A stretch of DNA of 64,000 nt from an uncultured Halobacteriales archaeon (GTDB taxonomy: Archaea > Halobacteriota > Halobacteria > Halobacteriales > Hikarchaeaceae), in NCBI GenBank assembly GCA_964510865.1, contig CAZEDI010000001.1:2297-66296 (forward strand), given 5' to 3'. The translations under genes were made by a program, and so were the position numbers. Within the stretch, counting starts at the first letter, position 1. The number at the start of each line of letters is the position of its first letter. Positions 40,078 to 47,788 of the stretch are shown piece after piece. The notes below the pieces were generated by a model that did no database searches, was not told where the DNA came from, and saw only the letters and a program-made list of their open reading frames with translations.

Positions 40078-41376
40078 TCAAGCACCAGCTGTCGTGACCT
40101 GGACCGTAGTGCCGGTCACTTCGACGTCAATGAGGTTGTAGAACCCCTCGTTACCTGCCAGTATAACCGTCACATCGTCGGATATTCGTTCGATGGACAC
40201 TTCGAACTGGTCATCCACGGCATTGCGTTCCTCCGCATACGTTTCCATAGCGTTCATAAACTCATCCGCCTCACTGGGACTGTCCCATCGGTGGGCCCAC
40301 ACGACGCCCCGTGATTTGTTCTGGTAGAAGGACCTGAGGACCGCAATCTGATCAGTCCCCCACCCATCAGCTGCGGCTGCAGCCTCGTCGTCAGAGAGAT
40401 ACTCCTCCAAGACGAATCGGGTTCCGAGCTCGCCTCGCGGCCGCCGTGGATCCGGAAGCAAGGACGCAGCATGCCCGTCGATTTGCGGTTGGACGCGATA
40501 CCAATAGGATCCCGCCGTTATGTTCATCTCGAGCTCGAGCGGTTCGTCCGAGTTCTGGTGCAGGATCTGTTCCGTCGTCTGCACGGGGATGTCGCCCGAG
40601 AAGAAGTCAACGAGACCCGCGGGGGAATCCAAGGTTTCCTGGAAGTATTGCATACCTGGGCGTGATCGTTCTACGTTGTGCCATTTCTCCCAGACTGATG
40701 CATCGTCACTCCACTCGGGAGCGATATCGAGGTTCTCCCCTTCGTGATACTCCTGGGCATATGCCTGCTGGATGTAATTGACACTCCCACGAATCAGCGT
40801 ATTCGGCATGAACGCATCTTCATCTTCAGTTTCCGCGAGGGGGCCATCGATCCATCCGGTGTCGACGTTGAACGTCGTCCAGTTCTGCTGGTACATGTAC
40901 GCTCGGAAGAACTCCCCTGCGATCATGGACTGGAGTTCTGCATCGGATGCCGAATTGACGTATGAGATGTTGACGACGATTTCCTCTTCGAGCGAGTCAT
41001 ACATGTAGGGCGGCTCAACCATCGTAGATTGTGGAGAGGGAAGCGGACCGGTAAGCGCTCTGAGGAACAATCCCGACGCATTCGTGTTCCTGTTGAGGCC
41101 CGTCCCGCGATACACGACATCGATATCTGGGTACTCCGCATCGTCAATACCGGTCATCTCCTCGACGCGCTCATAGATCGTTACTGGCGAGACTGAGAGC
41201 TTAGAGGAGATCTCTTCAGATGCATCGACACTCGGACCACTGTCTCCCAGGAATGGCACTCCACTGCATCCTGCGAGAATCATAGAGAGGACCACCATTG
41301 ATACTAGTGAAATGGATCGAATTGTCTTCGGTCCCCCCGCCTGGTCATCACGTGCCGTGTCGTCAGTCACCCGCAT
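40078..41376 (-). CDS. Hvo_1808-like surface lipoprotein with degenerate zincin motif
   Basis: Lipobox ILAGC, RGELGT, AAAAADGWGTD, WAHRWDSPSEADEF. Start at ATG 41376 is uncertain. Confidence 0.7.
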   Translation of the reverse strand: MRVTDDTARDDQAGGPKTIRSISLVSMVVLSMILAGCSGVPFLGDSGPSVDASEEISSKLSVSPVTIYERVEEMTGIDDAEYPDIDVVYRGTGLNRNTNASGLFLRALTGPLPSPQSTMVEPPYMYDSLEEEIVVNISYVNSASDAELQSMIAGEFFRAYMYQQNWTTFNVDTGWIDGPLAETEDEDAFMPNTLIRGSVNYIQQAYAQEYHEGENLDIAPEWSDDASVWEKWHNVERSRPGMQYFQETLDSPAGLVDFFSGDIPVQTTEQILHQNSDEPLELEMNITAGSYWYRVQPQIDGHAASLLPDPRRPRGELGTRFVLEEYLSDDEAAAAADGWGTDQIAVLRSFYQNKSRGVVWAHRWDSPSEADEFMNAMETYAEERNAVDDQFEVSIERISDDVTVILAGNEGFYNLIDVEVTGTTVQVTTAGA

Positions 41377-41557
41377 GTCATCGTGAAAGGAGCACCCTCT
41401 TGTAAACATTTCTTTACCGCTTTCTCCGTGAAATTGCCAGTACATCGGGTTCGCTCCGCTTCACAAGTGATACCTTGCCGAAGCGGTCCCGGGTCCCAGT
41501 CTCGACAGGATTTCATGCCGACCTTCTCCCACAGCGTGGACGAAGGGGATATATCCG

Positions 41558-43138
41558 TCAACCCCGTCGTGTCGCCGCTACGTCCAGTTCAATATCGAGG
41601 TTCTCGAGCATCGCAGCCACGTCTTCTCGTTTTCCCTGGTGTTCTGCCAGGAACTCCTCCATCAGTTCTGCAGCTTGCTCCTTACACCCCCCACAGAGGC
41701 GATCACCACCGACACACTCGTCATAGACGCGTGTGGCAAACTCATCGTCGTCGCCTGCGAGCAAGTACGCGTACAACTCATAGACTGGACACTCGTCGGC
41801 CCGCCCACCGAGTTCGCGCTGGAGTTCCGCTGTCTCGCGACCGCCTGTCGTCGCGGCCAGTACCTTGTCATATCCTTCTTCGGGGTCGTCTAGCAAGCTG
41901 ATGTGGCTTGCGGGCACGGACGAGCTCATCTTTCCTCCCGTCAGTCCCGTCATGAATCGGTGATAAATGGACGAGGGCGCGTAGAATCCGTAGCCACCGT
42001 GTGCGACCTCTATTTCGCGGGCTAGCTCTTCGGCGTCGTCCCTGTCGAGGTCAAATGCGTCGACATGGGCTTCATATACCCGTTTTTCACCGTCGACTGA
42101 TTCGATCAACGCGGCAAATGCGTCCTCCGTTGCGTTGCGATCGAGGAAGCGAACGCGGGGACGGAGAGGTTCGTTGCCAGCGGCATCGAGCTTCGTCTCT
42201 ACTGACGACCGCACGGTCGACTCCTCGATGTTCGTTCGGAGCCAGTCTGCCGCTTCCTTACATCGAATCGGGTCCTCTGATTCACCCCGAAGCGTTTCGT
42301 ACGCCTCCGCGAGGAGGGTGCGCTCCGCGGGCTCGACTTCGAAACTCGCGTACGCCTCAGTGACACCGAAGTACCTCGTTCGAGCGGCGAGGTCGCGTGC
42401 CAGACGCATGTGCGGGTCCTGATCTGGTCCGACGGGAATCACCGTCGGCTTCGGCTCTTCGAGCTGGGGATACAGGATATCGGCCATCTGCGTGACGACG
42501 GACTGCATGTGCGCGACGTCCGTCTCGCCGTCAAAACCGTAGATTGCACCCAGCTCCGAGAAGTTTGCCTCGATGCCGAGCTCGAATGCCAGATCCTGCA
42601 CCTCTCTGTTTGTCGACTGACGGTACAGTTCGCCGGCCTCGGGATCGAACCCGAGTGCGAGGAGCGAGAGGAGGTAGTCCGTGGCATGCTGGTCGATCTC
42701 CTCCCAGGTGAGTCCCCGTGCAGCGTGCGCCTCGAGATCGGCGATCAGGCCGTAGGCCTCCGCACCCCGCTCCTGATGCCAGATGAGCTCGTCGAAGACG
42801 AGTTTGTGCCCGATATGGGGGTCGCCTGTGGGCATGAACCCCGATAACGTGGCGACGGGCTCGTCGTTCCGCATCGCATCAAGGACCCGTCTGTAGTCGC
42901 GATGTCCGAAAATGACGCCGCGGCGCATCAGGTAGTGTGGGTCCGGAACCTCGGGGAGGATCTCGTCGAACTCCCCAATGCCGAATTCGGTGAAGAGGTC
43001 CGCGTAGTCCCCAATCGTGGCCGAACCCCATGGATCCAAGACGACGTCGTCGGCACCTGTTGCCGTGCCGCCATCGGATCTAGGTTGCTCGTCGGCGGAT
43101 GCATCCAGTTCGTCCGTTGTATCGTGGTCGTGTGTCAT
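41558..43138 (-). CDS. trpS: Tryptophanyl-tRNA synthetase
   Basis: SGFMPTGDPHIGH (HIGH), VPVG.DQDPH-type motif PVGPDQDPH, GGKMSSS (KMSKS). Start at ATG 43138. Confidence 0.96.
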   Translation of the reverse strand: MTHDHDTTDELDASADEQPRSDGGTATGADDVVLDPWGSATIGDYADLFTEFGIGEFDEILPEVPDPHYLMRRGVIFGHRDYRRVLDAMRNDEPVATLSGFMPTGDPHIGHKLVFDELIWHQERGAEAYGLIADLEAHAARGLTWEEIDQHATDYLLSLLALGFDPEAGELYRQSTNREVQDLAFELGIEANFSELGAIYGFDGETDVAHMQSVVTQMADILYPQLEEPKPTVIPVGPDQDPHMRLARDLAARTRYFGVTEAYASFEVEPAERTLLAEAYETLRGESEDPIRCKEAADWLRTNIEESTVRSSVETKLDAAGNEPLRPRVRFLDRNATEDAFAALIESVDGEKRVYEAHVDAFDLDRDDAEELAREIEVAHGGYGFYAPSSIYHRFMTGLTGGKMSSSVPASHISLLDDPEEGYDKVLAATTGGRETAELQRELGGRADECPVYELYAYLLAGDDDEFATRVYDECVGGDRLCGGCKEQAAELMEEFLAEHQGKREDVAAMLENLDIELDVAATRRG

Positions 43139-43176
43139 TGGTCGTCGTGTCGGGTGCTCGGCAGGCGATTCGATCG

Positions 43177-43210
43177 AAAAAGCGGAGGGAGCATCGCGTT
43201 CCGGCCCCCT
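43177..43210 (-). terminator. Candidate attenuator: 7-bp hairpin plus U5 tract between the Trp uORF and trpS
   Basis: On the - strand, AGGGGGC (43210-43204) pairs with GCTCCCT (43192-43186), followed by CCGC and TTTTT (43181-43177). Confidence 0.45.
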
Positions 43211-43287
43211 TAGATCTGTCCGGCCAGAATCGCGAGACTGTCCACTTCCCGGTTCGCGTGCCAGGGCCAGGTGGAAGTGGACGGCAT
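43210..43287 (-). CDS. Putative Trp leader peptide (uORF) of trpS: MPSTSTWPWHANREVDSLAILAGQI
   Basis: Hand-translated. ATG at 43287, TGG at codons 7 and 9, TAA at 43212-43210, ends 71 nt before the trpS ATG. Confidence 0.65.
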   Translation of the reverse strand: MPSTSTWPWHANREVDSLAILAGQI

Positions 43288-43312
43288 ACCCACCCATATC
43301 GCCAGATGACGC

Positions 43313-43321
43313 TTATATTTT
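43313..43321 (-). promoter_or_regulatory. TATA-like box (AAAATATAA) of the Trp-leader/trpS transcript
   Basis: Lies at -34..-26 from the uORF ATG. Confidence 0.55.
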
Positions 43322-43459
43322 GCCCATTCGGCGGATCGGGGTGAGTGACCCTATATCAACTCCCCGAATATGTCGGTCGTTGAGGGTATCGTGGACGCAA
43401 CCCACAGACGAGATACGCGAAGATGCTGACCGATTGTGACAGGGCCGTCAGCGTGTCGG

Positions 43460-44482
43460 TCAGGGGGTAAGCCGGCCGACAGTGATCCACTCCACGTCAC
43501 CTCCATCACGGACGAGAGCAAACATGGCCTGCTTTCTAACGCCTCCAGCGAGCCTGATGTACAGTGCGAGTTCTCTGGGTTCGAACGCGTACTCGCCGGG
43601 CAATACCCAGACAAGCATTTCGGAGTGTCCGAGCTGGGAGACGGTCGTTATCTCCGCATACGTACGGAAATCCGCACCGAACTTGAACCCTGTTTTCGGG
43701 ACGACTCCCCCTGTCCGGAGTGCTTCGTAGACCGTCAATCGTCGATTGAAGCGCTCACCCTCGACAATTCGCCCGCGCTGGAGCACCTCGTCTCGCCCTT
43801 CGTCAATGGTTAGGACGTCGCGTGCAAGGTAGGCGGCCTCGAGGAGCGAAAGTTGGAGTGCGTCGGCCTCCTCACGACCCTGGAGCGGTTGCCCGTAGAA
43901 CCCTCGATCGTACAGTCCAGGTGGTGGGTCGGGGACGAGCACGCGGTCAGAGAGAAGAATACCCGCTGTCTGCGGGGGACTGAATGTGGTTGTCCCCTCT
44001 GGAGCTCCCCGTCCCGACTCGAAGTAGCTTACCTCACCTTCTTCGTCGACGACGGCGAGTGCGATATCACCGAGATTCCGGGCTGGAAGTGTCGTGCGCT
44101 CGCCGACCACGCGGAGCTGGTGTGCGACCGTTCCATCGGGGGGCGAGGCGCCACGCTCAAAGACGGTATAGTCAGCATTCGGATGCGGATCGGTCACCCA
44201 CCCCGCCCGTGCGGGGGCGAGATAGATCCCTCGAGAGCGGAGGTCCGCGTACGTCAGGAACCGGGCTCCTACACCCTGTTCCTGAATCGATTCGAAGAAC
44301 GCCACGAATCCGTCCCCGTCGACAGCCGTCAGATCTCCCCGAAAGAGCAGGTGGGCGGCCTCGACAGGGGCCAGTGCGATCTCGTTTCCCTCGAGTGGTC
44401 GCCCGTAGCCCCGTGCGTCGTGGAGCCGTTGTCTGGCATCACCTCCGACCACGACCACGTCTCCCCGTCGCTCGCCGTCCAT
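43460..44482 (-). CDS. endA: tRNA-splicing endonuclease (alpha2 type)
   Basis: Duplicated EndA fold, L.LSLLEAAYL, VPKTGFKFGADFRTY, H.E, AGGVRK. Start at ATG 44482. Confidence 0.95.
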   Translation of the reverse strand: MDGERRGDVVVVGGDARQRLHDARGYGRPLEGNEIALAPVEAAHLLFRGDLTAVDGDGFVAFFESIQEQGVGARFLTYADLRSRGIYLAPARAGWVTDPHPNADYTVFERGASPPDGTVAHQLRVVGERTTLPARNLGDIALAVVDEEGEVSYFESGRGAPEGTTTFSPPQTAGILLSDRVLVPDPPPGLYDRGFYGQPLQGREEADALQLSLLEAAYLARDVLTIDEGRDEVLQRGRIVEGERFNRRLTVYEALRTGGVVPKTGFKFGADFRTYAEITTVSQLGHSEMLVWVLPGEYAFEPRELALYIRLAGGVRKQAMFALVRDGGDVEWITVGRLTP

Positions 44483-44537
44483 GACCGGACTGACGCAGGG
44501 AGGGGGGAAATCACCTGCGCTCCAGGTACGAGAACCG

Positions 44538-45263
44538 TCACCCCGACGAACACGCGGCGTCCAGACATCGTGACTCTCCTCGGACGACGAAACGTGGGAG
44601 ACCGCAGTCGCACTGGTCATCGAGAACGCCAGCGGGGAGCGAGTATCCCGTCTCACAATCGGGATAGTGCTCACACCCAGCTATGAGTCCTCCTCGACGA
44701 AGGATGCGGAGGTCCCCGCCACAGTCGGGACAGGCCCACTCCCGATCGAATCGCGCTTTGACACGTTCGTCCAAGGATTCGCAGCGTCGATCGACACAGA
44801 CCTCGAACACCTCGCCACGAGTGACGCGCATGTGGGGGAGGTCACACGTCGTACAGCGTTCGTCGAGGATACTGGCGTCCCGTGGGACGACATGTCTAAC
44901 CTCGCAGTCCACACATCCGATCGCCCCTCGCTCATCGACGAGCACCCCGTCACACTCGGGGCAGGCACCTGCCGGAGATCCGGCGCGTGTCGTTCGATAG
45001 CTCCCGTTCCCGTGCTCGGCATGGCAGGTGATAATCAGCCGTCTGCCGTTGTCGACAGCGTCAAGGCGGCTATCACCGTCGTGCCAAGCCACCGACTCCG
45101 CGCGAGTCAGCCATGCGACTGGTCGGTAGCCGTCACTGTCGTGAACGAGGACTGTGCCATCGGGCTTTGCCACGACAATAACTGCCCCTCGCTCCTCTCG
45201 CGTTTCTTCTCCTTCGTATCGTACGGTGCAATCGCCAGCCAGTACGCGCGTTGCGTCTGACAT
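44538..45263 (-). CDS. NucS N-terminal-like domain fused to topoisomerase-type C4 zinc fingers
   Basis: GDCTVRYEG...KPDGTVLVHD.DGYRPVAW followed by four Cys clusters (e.g. CPDCGG...GCEHYPDC). Confidence 0.8.
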   Translation of the reverse strand: MSDATRVLAGDCTVRYEGEETREERGAVIVVAKPDGTVLVHDSDGYRPVAWLTRAESVAWHDGDSRLDAVDNGRRLIITCHAEHGNGSYRTTRAGSPAGACPECDGVLVDERGAIGCVDCEVRHVVPRDASILDERCTTCDLPHMRVTRGEVFEVCVDRRCESLDERVKARFDREWACPDCGGDLRILRRGGLIAGCEHYPDCETGYSLPAGVLDDQCDCGLPRFVVRGESRCLDAACSSG

Positions 45264-45309
45264 GGCCTCCCCTGGTTCGTTTCCCTCTATAAACCCTCTC
45301 TCCGTCGAC

Positions 45310-47649
45310 TTACGTCACCTGGACGGTTCGCGTTACACAGAACGTCTCCAACGGGAGGTCGGGGATGGTTACCTCAACCGCATAGTTGAGTTCGTCGTCG
45401 TCGGGCGGGCCGAACAGGGCGATCGGCACGGTGAGGCTCCCATCGAGGTATGCCTCTTTCGCGGTCATCTCCGTCCCATTTACCGTGACTCTCGCTTCGA
45501 CACGCGCCCGCCCACCGTTTGTCCGTACTGTCACCTCGCGGATGTCATTCTCCCCTCGGGCGATCGTCTCTGGGAAATCTCCCCATTTTACCTCGAGTAG
45601 AGGGAGCTCGCGCGCGTTCTCGAGAACGCGTTCGGCAACACCATCTGCAAGCCCAGCATCGACAAGCCCTGTGACACCAGCGTCCCGTACCGCATCGGGC
45701 GTTGTGATTCCCTGGTCTGCCAGTTGGTGGGCTCGTCCCGCGCCGACCCCATCGATCGCAGTAAGACCGACCTCATCTGCGGACACGCCGTGTTCGAGTC
45801 GGGCTTCGACTCGCGCGACGGCGTTTGCTGCCCGAGCGGATCCGAAACGAGCTGCGAATGCCCCGAGTGCGGCAAGCAACCTGAGGGCGTTTCGGCGAAT
45901 CACCCACGCATCGCTTTCGAGCTCGTCGGGGACGGACGCTCGAAGACTGCCACGGAGGATTGCGAGAACTTTCCGTGTCCCTTGATCGAGGTCGCGCTCG
46001 CCGATCACAGATCGGACTGCGTCCCGTTCGTGACTCCGGGCACTTACGCTGTCGAATTCGCTTGCCCGTGAAACGACCTCCAGAATCGCGTCGGTCTCCA
46101 GGGCGTCCGCATCGTCGACGAGCGCGTGGAATCGCTCGGCCGTATCGAGCCTGAGGTAGAATTTCGAGGCGAGTTGACCGAGCGAGGTCGCTTCCAATCC
46201 GAGGTCGTCGTTGGTTTCGACGAAGCCACGCGAGACGAGTGTCTCGAGTGTTGCGCGCACCCGATTTCGCAGATCACCGAAACCGTACTCGTCGGGTTTG
46301 CTCTGTGCACGGACGAAATAGAAGGTTGTCTCGAGCCAGTCCATCACGTCCTCGATGCCGCGGATCGTCCCCAGCGCGATCTCGGCGACGAGGTGTGAGT
46401 CCAATTCCTCGGCGAGTCGGGATTCGAGTGGCTTCCCCTCGCGGAGAAGGTCTCGGTACTTGTCGGCCTCCGCACCGTCACAGACGACCCAGCCATAGCC
46501 CACGTCGTCGTACTCCGGCCGCCCCGCCCGCCCGAGCATCTGGAGGACGTCGATCGGGCTCATGTCTACCTCTCCTTCGAGGGGATCGTGGAGCTTTGTA
46601 TCCCTGATCACCACACACCGCGCGGGCAGGTTCACCCCCCACGCGAGTGTCGAGGTCGAGAACATAACCGCGATCTTTCCCCCGCGGAACCACTCCTCGA
46701 TCAGGTCTTTGTCGTTTTTCGAGAGGCCGGCATGGTGGAATGCGACGCCATCAATAACCGACTGACGGAGGGTTGAATTCTGGAGCGCTTGGGTCGCCTC
46801 GTGAAAGTCGAAATCGCCACGTGATCCCACCGCGATGTCCCGTTCGCCGATCTCGTCTCTCGCTTTTTTGGCTGCCTGCACGGTATCCTGCCGCGAGGAG
46901 ACAAATACCAGGGCCTGTCCATCATCCCGTACGTGGGGATCGACGAGATCGAGTGCCCGGTAGAGCCGTCTGTACTTATCCGCGAACGCGTTCTCGCCGT
47001 GAGCGTATGTTTCCACGCCCGCGTGGAGGTCGACGGGTCGATACTCGTCGCCGAAGTCGAAGGTTGCCTCCGGAGGAGCGTCCAACCATTCAGCGACGTC
47101 GTCGACATTTTGCATCGTGGCAGACAAGGCAACAATACGAGGAGCGCAGAGCCGTCGCAATCGCGCAATCGTCACCTCGAGGACGGAGCCCCGTTTTTCC
47201 GAATCGAGCAAGTGGACCTCGTCGATGACACAGCAGTCGACATCGGTGATGAACTCGTATCTGCTCGAATCGTGCTTTCGGGTGGCGGAGTCGAGCTTTT
47301 CCGGCGTCATCACGAGCACGTCTGCACGTTCCGCTCGTCTCGGAGTGAGGTCACGCTCGCCCGTGACCACGTACACGGAGTGACCAATATCTTCGAAGCG
47401 ATCCCACTCCCGCTCTTTCTCGTTCGTCAGTGCTCGCATCGGGGCGACGAAGAGGGCAGTTCCTCCCTCGCGAAGCGTCTCACAAATGGCAAGTTCGGCA
47501 AGCGCGGTCTTCCCTGACGCGGTCGGGGCACTCGCCACGACATTCATATCGGCGTCGAGGATTGCAGGTAGCGCGACACGCTGCATCCTGTTAAATGAAT
47601 CAAACGGAAACGCCTCGGCGAATTCGGGGATGACCTCGGCAACCTCCAT
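45310..47649 (-). CDS. Second Ski2-like SF2 helicase with Sec63-like/HhH C-terminus
   Basis: PTASGKT, DEVH, ALSAT, FHHAGL, TLAWGVNLP, QMLGRAGRP. Confidence 0.92.
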   Translation of the reverse strand: MEVAEVIPEFAEAFPFDSFNRMQRVALPAILDADMNVVASAPTASGKTALAELAICETLREGGTALFVAPMRALTNEKEREWDRFEDIGHSVYVVTGERDLTPRRAERADVLVMTPEKLDSATRKHDSSRYEFITDVDCCVIDEVHLLDSEKRGSVLEVTIARLRRLCAPRIVALSATMQNVDDVAEWLDAPPEATFDFGDEYRPVDLHAGVETYAHGENAFADKYRRLYRALDLVDPHVRDDGQALVFVSSRQDTVQAAKKARDEIGERDIAVGSRGDFDFHEATQALQNSTLRQSVIDGVAFHHAGLSKNDKDLIEEWFRGGKIAVMFSTSTLAWGVNLPARCVVIRDTKLHDPLEGEVDMSPIDVLQMLGRAGRPEYDDVGYGWVVCDGAEADKYRDLLREGKPLESRLAEELDSHLVAEIALGTIRGIEDVMDWLETTFYFVRAQSKPDEYGFGDLRNRVRATLETLVSRGFVETNDDLGLEATSLGQLASKFYLRLDTAERFHALVDDADALETDAILEVVSRASEFDSVSARSHERDAVRSVIGERDLDQGTRKVLAILRGSLRASVPDELESDAWVIRRNALRLLAALGAFAARFGSARAANAVARVEARLEHGVSADEVGLTAIDGVGAGRAHQLADQGITTPDAVRDAGVTGLVDAGLADGVAERVLENARELPLLEVKWGDFPETIARGENDIREVTVRTNGGRARVEARVTVNGTEMTAKEAYLDGSLTVPIALFGPPDDDELNYAVEVTIPDLPLETFCVTRTVQVT

Positions 47650-47788
47650 CTACACGGAGGGAACGCGACCGGGGCCAAAGGCGTTTCTCTCTCGCCTCCG
47701 ACGGATACGGGCCACGTTTCGAGTGACGAGGAGTCACCTCGATCTGTCTCGTCCCGGACCTCGAAGCGACAGTGGAGTTCGCTCTCTG

